A DNA stretch of 63,733 nucleotides, filler included, from Octopus bimaculoides (GCF_001194135.2; 8 parts of 7 records of this genome joined end to end with filler, not necessarily neighbours in it); one strand, 5' to 3'. Positions 12,330-25,966 are shown, counted from the whole stretch's first letter. Program-made: numbers and translations. The notes: a model not told the origin generated them from the letters alone.

Positions 12330-14900
12330 AGCACAGTAAGCGAAGAACCATGTTAGGTAGCTAATGGGTAGCTAGGCAACATGTTTGTCTAGCAAGAGCA
12401 AAAAGAAGAAGTGTGCCAACATCTTACAGTATGAAGATCAAAGACAAGAGGTTTTCCAGTTTGCTAGACAGTGTATCAGAGAGAATCAGGATCTTGTAGA
12501 TGAAGAGTGTGTATTGATAAATAATGACTGCATGATTCTAAAAAGAAAGAGGCATGGAAGTGCTACTATGAAAGGCTATTAAATGTGGAGAATGATTGGG
12601 AAAAAAGAATTCTTCTCAATGTGAACCCAATAGAGGAACCAGCTAGCCTAGTTGATACTAGTATGCTAGATAAGGCAGTTAAGGATATGAAGACAAGGAA
12701 AGCCTATAGTCCATCAAAAATTACTGTTGAGATGCTTAAGATATCAGGTAAAGTAGGATACAGTCTAGTCACACATACAGTTACTCAGGTTATTTAGGAA
12801 GGTGTCTTCCCTGATAACTGGCATAGCAGCATTACAGTCAGCTATTACAAGAGTAAAGGAGATGCCTCTGAAAGAAGAGATTACAGAGATATCAAATTAG
12901 TCAAGAAAGTTACAGTACAATTAATTAGAGATAGATGAGATGCAGTTTTGTGCTAGGTAGAAGGACTGTTGATGTTATCTTTTTAATTAGACAACTGTAG
13001 GAGAAGCATTTAGCTAAGAGTAAAACATTATACTTTGCATCTGCTGACCTGGAGAAAGCCTTCAACAGAGTCCCTTGCTTTGTGATATGGTTGTTACTGA
13101 GGAAGCTAGGATAGCTGAATGGTTTGTGAAAGCTGTACAAATCATGTGCAGGGGTGCTGCCAATAAGATGAGAGTTAGCTATGAGTTAGCATTCACCAGA
13201 ACTCAGTTCTCTGTCTCCTCTTATTCATCATTGTCCTCTAGGCCATAACATAGGAACTTAAAACTCACTGCCCCACCTCCAAACTATTATATGCTGATGA
13301 TAGCAGAATCCATAACAGAGTTAGAAAAGAAATTGCAGGCACAGAAGCAAAAGCTGGAATCAAAGGGTCTTAAAGTTAACTTAGCAAAAGACCAAAGTTC
13401 TAGTAAGCGAAAAAAATCAGACAGGACCCTATCCCTATCAGGGAAATGGCTCTGCATGATATGCAGTAATTCCATATGGTGTATCTAGTGAGAACTGTGG
13501 ATAGACAAGAGGTGCAAATGGAATTACAGGATGTTTTTAGAGAAAGTAGTTTTTGTATATGAAAGATTCACAGATGCTATAAAGTCCAAAGCCACATGCA
13601 AAACTGATTTTCTCAAATGACCCTATAGGTAGAAAATAGCTTCTGTTATCTAGGGAATGTAATTTGCAGTGGTAGATAATGTTCTGAAAGTGTAGTCACT
13701 AAAATGAGAATAGGATGGAAAAAGTTCAGCGAGAATTTTACTCCTGTTGGCAACAGTCTCTTAGAGTGAAAGCAGAAATCACCATCTGATACTTGTGTAC
13801 AGACAGTGTTGCTACATGGTAGTGAGATGTGGGACCTAAATGCAGATGACATGCAAAGTCTAGAGAGGAATGAAGCTAATACAATCCACTAGATGTGAAA
13901 TATTAGTGCGCATGTATGACAAAGTGTGAATGTATTAAGGGAAAAATTTGGAATAGAGGAATCAGAAGAGCATACAAGAGAAAAGACAGCACTTGTTTGG
14001 TCATGTGATGCGTATGGATGAGGACAGTTGCATAAAGAAGTGCTGATCACTTAGAATGGACAGAACATGTGGAAGAAGGAGACCCAGGAACACATGAAAG
14101 AAAGTATTGAAGGCTGATCTCAAGATGCTGAGCCTTATGTTGATTACAAACAACGAAGATGACAGGCATCTTGCTATGCTTCAGAAGACCCATCCATTAC
14201 AGCAAAAATTATACCTAAAACCACTGTTATGTTTTTGTATATGAAAGGCCTCGACCTCCTCTCTAGCTGATATGCCAAGTATTTCCTCCATCATTTTCAC
14301 TCCCACTATCTATGGTACTATGCAGCTGCTGTAATTACCTATGAGTAGTATCAGAATATATTACATCTCATCCTTTGTCATCCCAGGTCACACTATTTCA
14401 AACACCTCCTTTCTGTGCCTTCAGTCACTGTTTTTCTCCTTTCTGCTATACTCTACTCCAAACACCTCTATACTGCTATCATTCTTAATGTCCTCCCATA
14501 TGTACTATCATGACCCACCTACTATAACCACTTATGTATCCCTGTATCTTCCTCTCTGCCACTCTTGCTCCTTGAACATCATTCTACTACTTTCTGTTCT
14601 ATTTTCCTTCCTGATCCATTCCTCTATCTCTCACCTTACTCCTCTACACAGTGGTATTTCCCATCATCTGCACTCCAACTTGTTTATCACTCACTACATT
14701 AACCTCTATCAGTGTACTCCTCCATCACACACTTATGAAAGCATTCATTCTCTCATTCATTCCCATGATGCACCATCCATGTCCTCTCTTATGCTCACCT
14801 TCTTGTTGCTTAAGAGTTTGGTCCAGCAACCATTACTACTTTTCTCTTATCTCCTTCAGTCATATATCTCCTCTATAGTATGATAACTGTGCTTGTCCCT
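12330..14900 (+). mobile_element. RTE-clade LINE, 5'-truncated and decayed, with a CT-rich 3' region
   Basis: KAVKDMKTRKAYSPSKITVEMLK, DLEKAFNRVP, LLYADD, LESKGLKVNLAK, a Cys-rich insert (WLCMIC), LLHGSEMW, LFGHVMRMDED, RGRPR-like end. Many stops. Confidence 0.9.
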
Positions 14901-15374
14901 CTATCATACTTTCAATGCCTGGCATATAGGCACCCATCTCCACTTTCCCCATTCAAATACTTGCACTTAGTAGTGGGAGTTTCTTCCAGTTCCTTTCTCT
15001 CAGTTCTTTTGTCTTGCAACCTCACTAGTGTCAGTGGTATGAAAAAAGAACCCAGCTGCAGAAATTATCACTGGATCTCAACTCTGGTCTGTAGCTCACC
15101 GATTCCTTGTCAAACTATCCAATCCACACCACTTGCCTGCCTGCCGGCCTGCGTATGTCTGTCTGTCTGTCTGTATGTATGTATCTATCTATCTATCTGC
15201 CTGTCTCAAGCTCTCTCACTATGTATCTATCTCTCTATATTATTAGTTGTTATGATAGATAGCTTTGAATTTCTGTCAGGGATATCATGAAGGGGTGAGA
15301 TATATCATCATTTAATTTCCATTTTCCATACTGGCATTGGTTGTATAGTTTGATAGGAGCTGTTAAGGCCGGGA

Positions 15375-15530
15375 TCCACACCAGGTTCCATTGTCTGGTT
15401 TGGATTGGTTTCTATAGCTGGATGCCCTTCCTAACACCAACTACTTTACAGTGTATTGTGTGGTTTTATGTGGCACCAGTGTTTTTAATATGGCTCCAGC
15501 ACCAACAGGGTCACTGAGTAACTTGCAGCT
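15375..15530 (+). mobile_element. RTE-related 3'-end repeat fragment
   Basis: GCTGGATGCCCTTCCTAACACCAAC motif typical of RTE/Rex3-like 3' ends. Confidence 0.55.
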
Positions 15531-15559
15531 GGGAGGGCGAGTAGCAGTGAGAGGGTGTG

Positions 15560-16760
<1,201 letters not shown>

Positions 16761-16770
16761 ATAAACATAT

Positions 16771-16919
16771 GCACGTAAATTAGCAGTTTGGCAAAAGTGA
16801 CCAATAGAATAAGTACTAGGCTTCCAAAGAATAAGTCTTGGGGTCGATTTGCTCGACTAAAGGCAGTGCTCCAACATGGCTGCAGTCAAATGACTGAAAC
16901 AAGTAAAAGAGTAAAAGAG
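16771..16919 (+). mobile_element. SINE family A tail
   Basis: AATAGAATAAGTACTAGGC...GGGGTCGATTTGCTCGACTAAAGGC...GACTGAAACAAGTAAAAGAGTAAAAGAG. Confidence 0.85.
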
Positions 16920-17059
16920 TATATATGATTGTGTGAATGTGTTTGTATAGATATTTGTACATGTTTATATAGATATACATAGATGACCATAAAATGATAT
17001 GTGCAGTTTTATATGTATGTATGCGTGCAGGGGTATATATATAGATTTATATTTATTTC

Positions 17060-17286
17060 TTAATTGCTCACAGGGGACTAAACATAGCGGGGACAAACAA
17101 GGACAGACAAAGGGATTAAGTCGATTACATCAACCCAGAGCGTAACTGGTATTTATTTAATCAACCCCAAAAGAATGAAAGGCAAAGTCGACCTCAGTGG
17201 AATTTGAGCTCAGAACGTAATGGCAGACAAAATACCACTAAGCATTTCACCCGGCATGCTAACGATTCTGCCAGCTCACCACCTTT
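17060..17286 (-). mobile_element. SINE family B, near full-length
   Basis: Reverse complement of 26390-26655. Confidence 0.85.
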
Positions 17287-17353
17287 AATATATAGATTAA
17301 TATTAATTTATTAATGTCTTGTTTGTCTACATCTATCTATGTACCTATACATA

Positions 17354-20300
17354 TCTTGGTTTGGCTTCACAAACGAAGATTAGGAAGGCTGTCCACGTCA
17401 TCTGCAGGCATGCTCATGACTGACAAGTCCAATGTGGGAAAGGAAGGTCCGTGACCAGTGTCCACAGACGAAGGTAACATCCGGTGTGGTGTCAGAGGCG
17501 GCTCGGGCCTTCCTCCTGCGTCTCGTCTTTATGTGCATCTCTTCTGTGTTCTTCAAACTCATTGACCGCATTGAAGATCGTGTGGGGCCAGGCATCACAG
17601 TCCACAACCAGGTTTGTCCAGCATTGGTGGTCAACATGACATGCAGTGAGAGACTTTTTGAGGCAGTCTTTGTAGCGTTTCCTCGGGGTTCCTCTCTCAT
17701 GGTGGCCGGTGGAGAGTTCAACAAACAAGGCAATCTTAGGAAGGTGATGGTTCTCCATTGTGGAGACATGCCCTGCCCATCGGAGGTGGTACCTCAGTAG
17801 CATGGCTTCAATGCTGGGGACCTCGGCCCACTCCAAAACTTCAATGTTTGTGACGAAATCACTCCAATGAATGTTGAGGATAGTGCGGAGACATCGCTGG
17901 TGGAAGCGCTTGAGGGGAGTGATGAGAACCACGGCCCTGTAGATGCTGATCCTTGTCTTGTTCTTCAGATTATTATTGTGCCAAACATGTTTGTACAATC
18001 TGCCAAAGGAGCTATTTGCCTTAGAGAGTCTATTGTCAATTTCCTTGTCTATCCTTGCATCGGATGAGACGATGCAGCCCAGGTATGTGAACTGCTGTGT
18101 TGATTTCAGTTCTGTACCACAGATAGTGATGTAGGTGGGCGGTATACCTCTTAGGGTGCAGGCTGGTGAAGTACCTCCGTCTTCTTGAGGTTGACCTCCA
18201 GGCCAAAGAGCTGCGAGGCATCCGCAAAGCAGGACGTGATGCGCTGCAGAGTTCACTCTGTGTGGGTGACAAGAGCAGCGTTGTCCACGAAGAGAAGGTG
18301 TCAGATCAGTCTCTCCTGGGTCTTGGTGTGGGCTTGGAGGCGGCATAGATTGAAGAGGCTGCCATCCAGACAGTACCTGACATACACCCCATCCCCATCC
18401 TCCAGATCTTCAGTTGCATGCTTGAGCATCATACTGAAGAAGATGCTGAAGAGAGTCGGTGCCAGGACACAACCCTGCTTCACACCGTTGGAGATGGGGA
18501 AGGGCACTGACAGGTCACCGTTGAGTCTGATCTGGCCACGCTGGTTCTCGTGTAGCTGGATCACCATCTGTAGAAACTTGGTGGGACAGCCAAATCGTTC
18601 CAGGATAATTCATAGTCCTGTCCTGCTCACTGTGTCAAATGCTTTTGTGAGGTCAACAAAAGTAGCATAAAGTCCTCTGTTTGTTCTCGGCACTTCTCCT
18701 GAATTTGGCGCAGGGCGAACACCATATCCGTTGTCTCTGTTGACTCTGAAGTCACACTGGCTCTCGGGGAGGTTTTCTTCAGTGATGGTTGGTACAAGCC
18801 TGTTGAGCAGGATCCTGGCAAGTACTTTGCTATCGATGGAGAGTAAGGTGATTCTCTGGTGGTCGGAGCAGTCAGACTTTTCACCCTTGTTCTTGTACAG
18901 GGTTATCACAACGGTGTCGCAAAGATCCTAGGTAGCTTGCTCTGCTCCCAGCAGCAGACACGAAGATCATGGAACTTGTCATGGAGTGTTGGATCTCCAT
19001 TCTTCCTGATTTCTGGTGGGATGCTGTCAATTCCTGCTGCTTTGTGACTCTTGAGTTGGCCTATGGCTTCAGTCGTCTCTTTGAGAGTAGGTGGTTCGTC
19101 GAGCTCCTCTTTCAGTGGAAGTTGAGGAACGCGATGGATGGCAGCATCCTGTATGGTACGGTTAGCACTGAAGAAGCTTTGGAAGTGCTCGGACCAGCAA
19201 GCGAGAATGGAGGTGTTATCAGTGAGGAGGTTCTGTCCATCTGGACTGCGCAGGGGACTCTGGACCTGGTGGGTGGGGCCATACACTGCTTTCAGAGCCT
19301 CATAGAAGCCTCTATAGTCTCTGAGGTCAGCACACAGCTGGTTTCTCCATGCCAGGTAGTCCCACAATTCGTTCTGTATTTTTCTAAGTTTGCGCTGTAG
19401 CGTGTTGCATGCAAGATGAAAGGTAACTTTCTTTACAGGACAAGTTGGTTGTGCAAGGTGGGCCTGATGAGCTGCCCTCTTCCATGCAAGTAATTCCTGG
19501 ATCTCCTTGTCATTATTATCGAACCAGTTCTTGTTTTTCTTTGTGTGCACAAGAACTTCCTCAGATGTCTTAAGGATGGCTGATTTCAGGTTCTCCTACA
19601 AGATGTCTGAGGTGGTGTCATCAGTGCAAGGGTCCTCCTGGCACATACTGTGATGTTGAGTTTCTTTATGGGGTTACCTTTCTTCTTGGGTTTGGGTTTG
19701 AGCTGCAGTTTGAGCTTGCAGCGAAAAAGGTGATGGTCAGTGTAGCACTCTGCACTGGGCATCACTCTTGTGTGTAGAACGTCTTTCAGGTCCCGCTGGT
19801 GCACAAGCACATAGTCAAGTAGATGCCAATGTTTGGACCAAGGATGCATCCAAGTTGTTTTCAGACGGTCTTTCTGTTGGAAGATTGTGTTGGTAATAGC
19901 AAGTTGGTGCTCTGTGCAGAACTCGAGCAGGAGGCGCCCGTTGTCGTTACAGCCACCAACGCCATGTCTTCCAAGGACTCCTTTCCAAGCCTTAGAGTCC
20001 CTCCCAACTCTTGCATTGAAGTCGCCAAGGATCAGGATCTTGTCATTTGCAGGGGTGTTGTTCAAGAGTCAGCCTAGGCATCTGGGTAGTATACGCCTGC
20101 TGAAAACCATTGATCTTTTTCTCTCTTTCGCCATGGTTTGGATGGCATGGGTGGGAGGGGCTCATCTCCAACTCTACTGGCAGATCCTGCAGACACTTTG
20201 TCCGCAGGATCTGCCAGTAGAGTTGGAGCAGAAACACTGAAGAGTGTGAGATGTTGTTTGCTCTCCAGTGGTAGGCGTATGGATATGATGCAGTTCGAGT

Positions 20301-21556
20301 GGCCTATGGGTAACGTTTCCAGTTTGGAGGTGGTGGAATTCCTCACCTTGAGTCCTACACCCGACAGGCATCTTCCAGATGATGGTTTTCCAGACCAGAA
20401 CAGGGTGTAACCAGCGCTGCATTCTTTGAGGCTGCCTTCGTCAGCGAAGCAGACCTTGCTGAGAGCTGCTATGTCAATGATGAGGCGGGAGAGTTCATGG
20501 GCTACGAGAGCCGAATGACGTTCCGGGCGGTTGCTGTCAGCTTTGTCAACCATGGTCCTGACATTCCAGCAGGCAACTATCAAGTCCTTCTTACTTTTCT
20601 TCGGTTTTGTTTCCATGTTTGTTCGACCATTCTGAAGATGCCCGTTGACTGTGGCTAGCCAATTTGGTATATAGGAGACGAGCTTTGTTTAGGCGAACCT
20701 ATTGTACCGCCCCTCTCCATGTGCAGCAGGCAGTGCTCTCCCTAAATAGGGCTGTCCGGTCAATCAGGATGCTGCCGAGTGGTGCCGTCGCCTCTGGGTC
20801 AGCAACCAGGCGACCAAAGTCCTGAGCTGCCTACATGTAGGATCGAGACTACGACTTCCAGTGATGTCTTCCACCTGCCGCTTTCGCCCCTTTCCCATCG
20901 CTGCAGGGCTTTTGGGATGGTTATTACTGAGGAAGCTAGGATAGCTGAATGGTTTGTGAAAGCTGTACAAATCATGTGCAGGGGTGCTGTCAATAAGATG
21001 AGAGTTAGCTATGAGTTAGCATTCACCACAACTCAGTTCTCAGTCTCCTCCTATTCATCATTGTCCTCTAGGCCATAACATAGGAACTTAAGACTCACTG
21101 CCCCACCTCCAAACTATTATATGCTGATGATAGCAGAATCCATAACAGAGTTATGGCCTGCGCTGGGGAGTTTAAAGTGAAGTGCAGTGCGTTCAAACTG
21201 GCCCCACCCTTTACGCACGAGGTTCATCTGCCATGGCGAAAGAGGGAAAAGGATCCATGGTTTTCAGTAGGCGTATACTACCTGGTTGCCTAGGCTTAAG
21301 TAGGGGGTCAGCTTAGGAGAGCTCACCCGGAGCCTTTGACTGAAAAGTCTGTCCACAAGGCAGCGGAGTGAGATCAGGGAGGCACACCCATTGGGAGACA
21401 ATGACCAGTAGACTAATTCATACGCCTTTGTTTGGTCATTAACCAAACCGGGGTCCCAATGATCCTGAAATTAAATTTGAGCCATTGACCAAATGTTTCT
21501 TCCGCCTCTTCTGGAATACAATGCCTCGGGAGAGACAAGAGGCAGTGACAATACAA
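17354..21556 (-). mobile_element. RTE-BovB LINE, essentially full length but frameshifted (APE endonuclease + RT + C-terminal Zn finger)
   Basis: ATG at 20616. APE motifs [36 protein letters not shown] motifs FVDLTKAFDTVSR, GVKQGCVLAPTLF, FTYLG, LRWAGHV. Terminal LSHIGLVSHEHAC. Possible degenerate TSD TATGTACCTATACATA (17338-17353) / TATGTACATTATACACA (21557-21573). Confidence 0.95.
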
Positions 21557-22140
21557 TATGTACATTATACACACACAGACACACACGCACAAACACTCCA
21601 CACACATGCACATTGTTGAATGGTCACTGACTACACTGTAGTTCTTCCGCTTTTGACAGGTCTTATTTTTTGTTCCACAGGGTGTCCAACAATTACCCGC
21701 CTCACCAAGCAAGCCTGGTGGTGTTGCCAGTTTAGTTGCCGATGACCTGACCATGTAACAGGTTGCACTGGACTACATGGTACCAGTAGCACTTGAGAAC
21801 GACCTGACATATATATNNNNNNNNNNNNNNNNNNNNNNNNNNNNNNNNNNNNNNNNNNNNTTAATTAATTAANNNNNNNNNNNNNNNNNNNNNNNNNNNN
21901 NNNNNNNNNNNNNNNNTTTTTTTTTTTTTTTTTTTTTTTTGTTCTATGTTTATCGTATACTGTTACTAGATAAGCGTTGACCAGATGCTGAGGAAAGGGG
22001 TGGTCAACCGTGTCCTTAGAGAGGTCTTTAAGGTGCGCAGTGCTGACACTCCACACAAAGATATATATGTGTGTGTGTATGTATGTATGTATGTATGTAT
22101 GTATGTACGCATGCATGGATGGATGGATGGATGGATGGAT

Positions 22141-22400
22141 CCTCTGTATTTAATGATTTAAATTCTTCTTGAAAAGTTCTTAGTTTCTAACGAAGATACA
22201 AATCGCCATCGTTAGAATGTAGATAACGAAAATAATGACACATTTTGAACCTGAGAAATGTCTTGCATAGTTTTATTGTTCCACTTACAAATCGTATTTG
22301 TAATGTGCAAATCAGTTGGTTGATTTCTTTTTTCTGGAAATCCAAGCTTATCCAAAATGGCAGTTAGGCATTTACTTACAAAGACCAAATGCTCCAGCAT
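22141..22400 (-). mobile_element. R4/Dong-type RLE LINE, extreme 3' end (frameshifted)
   Basis: Across frameshifts it reads ..FVSKCLTAILDKLGFPEK..NQLI.TLQI..VSGTIK.CKTFLRFKM, paralogous to the C-terminus at 22624-22790. The 3' end abuts a (TGGA)n/(TATG)n tract. Confidence 0.65.
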
Positions 22401-22421
22401 GGGTGCTTGTATGTATGTATG

Positions 22422-23355
22422 TCATTATTCAGTTTTATTTCAAGATTTCTTGCCAATAGAGAAAGAACCGGTTTCTAACCTAGATCCAAGGCTCCTTCAT
22501 TGGAATTTCAACATCAACAGGGTATTTTTCTATGTATGTCTATGTGCAGATTTGTATGTTTTGTTTTTATGTATGTCTTCTCACGCATATACCTGCATAT
22601 CTAGACATGCTCACATATACTTAAATGATAAACTTTTGGAAAGTCTTACAGATTTTTACAGTTCCACAAATGGATCGCATCAGAAGTCTTCGAATCAGCT
22701 TACTCATTTCTGGTTTTGAGAAGCCTAATTTTTCAAGACTGGTATTTAGGCAGTTTGTTACATATCCCAGGTTCCCAACAATTACAGGTATAAACCTGAA
22801 CTTGTAATCTGGATAGAGTTACTGCAAATTTCTCAATAGTTCAGCATAGGTATTCTCTTTTTCACTGATCTTCAGCCTTATGTTAACATCCGCTGGGCAG
22901 CTAATTTCCACATCTGTACACAATTTCTCTTCTCTATCCCAAATCCTTATATCAGGTATGTTGTGCTTACATTTTATTGAAAGTTTTCACTGAGATATTC
23001 CACCTTGCTGTGTGTTCTTTTTTTTTTGTCCTCGTAGTTATCCTTCCGAGGTATTTCAATATATAGTATCCTAGCTACAACATCATATCTCATCGGTAGA
23101 TAATATCGTAATGGCATTTAAGGACAACTGCTTATGGTATGGCTAATATCTTAGGTGTTAACTCCACAAAATCTGCATCAGTTGTCACATCTGCATCGGT
23201 TGTCACTGCTTTTCCTGCATCTCTATCACTTTTGTGCATAAAATACTTGATTGATATTTCCTGTTCCTGGATTGCAAACGCATACCCTTCAAAGTGGGAT
23301 GTAGTAATCCGGTTATTCGTCCACTTACGTATGTTATTCGCATCCACTTTTTAAT
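22422..23355 (-). mobile_element. R4/Dong-type (restriction-like endonuclease) non-LTR retrotransposon, 3' part
   Basis: TTSHFEGYAFAIQEQEI; CCHC knuckle CRFCGVNT*DISHTISSCP; PD..E-type nuclease HNIPDIRIWDREEKLCTDVEISCPAD; IVGNLGYVT; ends KICKTFQKFII*. The 3' UTR ends at (TATG)3. Confidence 0.85.
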
Positions 23356-23399
23356 TTAGTGTAAAATTTGACCGCCCACCTACCTGGGAATAAGGCTCT

Positions 23400-23575
23400 C
23401 GAAATGTTTAGCAGTGTTTCGCTCGTCGCTACATTCTGAGTTCAAATTCCGCCAAGGCTGACTTTACCTTTCATCCTTTCGGGGTCGATGAAATAAGTAC
23501 CAGTTACGTACTGGGGTCGATCTGTTCGAATGGCCCTCTCCCCCCAAAATTTCAGGCCTTGTGCCTATAGTAGAA
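23400..23575 (+). mobile_element. SINE family B, 5'-truncated
   Basis: TTCTGAGTTCAAATTCCGCC...CCTTTCGGGGTCGATGAAATAAGTACCAG. Confidence 0.85.
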
Positions 23576-24009
23576 AGTTTTATTATCATTCTTCTTCTTA
23601 TTATTATTATTATTATCATCATCATCATCACCATCGTCGTCGTCGTCATCGTCATCGTAGTCATCATCGTTATCATCATCATCATCATCGTTATCATCAT
23701 CATCATCATCACCATCGTCATCGTAGTCATCACCTCCGCCACCAACACTTTCAGCAGTGAGATGATAAAAATCAATCACCATGGTGGACTTTGACTTTCA
23801 TCTTCTTTTCGATCGATAGAATATAGTTTCCAGTCAAGAAGTGTTTTGTTTGATTAGATCGATGACCACCCACGTGTTTTCTCCAAGAACCCCAATCCGG
23901 ACCAAAACCCTGACCTTGTACATATGTCAGAAACAACGACGGTGGCGACGGAGACGACGATGACGACGACGACGATGATGATGATGATGGAAACAACAAA
24001 CGGGTCTGA

Positions 24010-24520
24010 AATTTAGCTGGAAGCGGTGGGGGGTAATCTATTAAATCGACACCAATGTTTGCCTGGTATGTATTTTATCGATCCCCAAAATGATGAAATG
24101 CAAAGTCGACCTCGATAGAGTAACAATAACAATGGTTTCAAATTCTGGCACAAGGGCCAGCAATTTTAGGGGAGTAGTAACTCTCCAATACTCAAATGTT
24201 ACTTATTTGGATCGACCCCCGAAAGTAGACTTCGGCGGAATATGAACTCAGAACGTAAGCATATTGCCTAGCGTGCTAACGATTCTACCAGCTCGCTGCC
24301 TTAATAATAATAATAATAATAATAATGAGGATGATGGTTTCAAATTTTTCCACAAAGGCAGCAAATTTGTGGAGGAGGGATTTAAGTTGATTACATCGAC
24401 CCCAGTACACAACTGGTACTTAAATTACCGACCCCCCGAAAGGATTAAAAGCAAAGTCGACATCGTCAGAATTTGAAATCAGAATGTAGTGGCAGACAAA
24501 ATACCGCGAAGCCGTTCTAT
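24010..24520 (-). mobile_element. Cluster of SINE family B fragments separated by (AAT)n
   Basis: Several GCAAAGTCGAC...GAATTTGAA(C)TCAGAA(C)GTA segments at about 24060-24115, 24130-24300 and 24340-24520. Confidence 0.75.
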
Positions 24521-24701
24521 TATTATCATTATTACTATTATTATTAGTAGCAGTATTAGTATTATTATTATTATTGTTATCATCATCACCCACGCACACT
24601 CTCAAGACGTTTTCCCTCTATCTAATATATACGTACCTGAGGTCTTTGGTTGAGACCCGATCGGAAAATGAAATAAAATGCAAATCAATCGCAAAAAACT
24701 A

Positions 24702-24732
<31 letters not shown>

Positions 24733-24734
<2 letters not shown>

Positions 24735-25263
24735 GCCCAGATGCTGTACCAGGCAGTGGCTCCATGGCTGCTCATCTTAACTGAGTGGAAGTATTGCTCT
24801 GATGCAATACCAAGCAGTGGTTCTCGTGGCTTCTGATCTTAATTGATTTGAAATGCTATCATGTACGTTGTTTTGTCTTGGTATAAAAAGATGGGCTACA
24901 GAAAATATTCTGCTCTAAACCAGAGATTTGCTTGTCAGTTGCTTGACTTTAACCAGTTGAGCATGTCCCTTGGTGGCTGACGATATGTGCATCTCTGATC
25001 ATGAGCAGAAGTAGTGGGGGAGCATCATAGCCATATGTTGTGAGGAATTTTCTTATTTTGGATAATTTACCTTTGGAAAATGGGTGTTTCGTTCATCATC
25101 CTTAAACGGAGTGGCTGTGTGGTAAGTAGCTTGCTTACCAACCACATGGTTCCGGGTTCAGTCCCACTGCGTGGCACCTTGAGCAAGTGTCTTCTACTAT
25201 AGCCTCGGGCCGACCAAAGCCTTGTGAGTGGATTTGGTAGACGGGAACTGAAAGAAGCCCGTC

Positions 25264-25295
<32 letters not shown>

Positions 25296-25576
25296 NNNNN
25301 NNNNNNNNNNNNNNNNNNNNNNNNNNNNNNNNNNNNNNNNNNNNNNNNNNNNNNNNNNNNNNNNNNNNNNNNNNNNNNNNNNNNNNNNNNNNNNNNNNNN
25401 NNNNNNNNNNNNNGACTGAAACGAGTAAAAGAGTAACCCTTATTCAGGGAGCTTTCGAGCAGATTGGGCTACTCGACCCGAAGAAAATTCTAACTACGGG
25501 TAGTCATGATGGGTATAATGGGCTTCGTATATTTTACCTCAGTGTCACTTTGATGGAATGCACTGTTCTCTCACTC
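24733..25576 (-). mobile_element. LINE 3'-UTR-like repeat bounded on both sides by (AAT)n and interrupted by a SINE
   Basis: Shares sequence with 6003-6275. (TAA)n lies at about 24703-24732 and (AAT)12 at 25577-25612. Contains an internal diverged tandem pair of about 60 bp at 24740-24860. Confidence 0.7.
25108..25434 (+). mobile_element. SINE family A, young copy nested in the host repeat (middle lost in a gap)
   Basis: Intact head GGAGTGGCTGTGTGGTAAGTAGC...GGTTCAGTCCCACTGCG and tail GACTGAAACGAGTAAAAGAGT. The host reads CCTTAAAC|AACCCTTATTC, contiguous with the related text of the 6003-6275 copy. Confidence 0.9.
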
Positions 25577-25612
<36 letters not shown>

Positions 25613-25927
25613 CCTCTAACAGAAACGGAGAAACATTCAAAATACAAAAACCTGGAAATAGAGGTAACTCGAATGTGGAGTCTAAAAACAGAAACAAATT
25701 CTATCATAGCAGGCGCGTTAGGTATGATAAAAAAATATTCAGACAAATACATAACAAAAACACCAGGACTAACAAATATATATAACATGCAGAAAATAGC
25801 ACTACTAGGCACTGCACACATCCTACGTAAAACAAAAAAGAGCTTCATAACAAACCACAGCACATACTCAAATTACACAGAACTGCGTTCGGTAGTGCAA
25901 TGAAAGTACGTAATAAAACTAAAACTA

Positions 25928-25930
<3 letters not shown>
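25613..25930 (+). mobile_element. R4/Dong-type RLE LINE 3' end between (AAT)n tracts
   Basis: EKHSKYKNLEIEVTRMWSLKT...IAGALGMIKK...QKIALLGTAHILRK is the typical Dong/R4 C-terminus. (AAT)12 lies on both sides. Confidence 0.9.

Positions 25931-25966
<36 letters not shown>

Noticed and set aside
21670-21770. Strong-looking acceptor TTATTTTTTGTTCCACAG followed by GVQQLPASPSKPGG...
   Set aside because: All frames stop within about 80 nt and there is no good donor; insufficient support.
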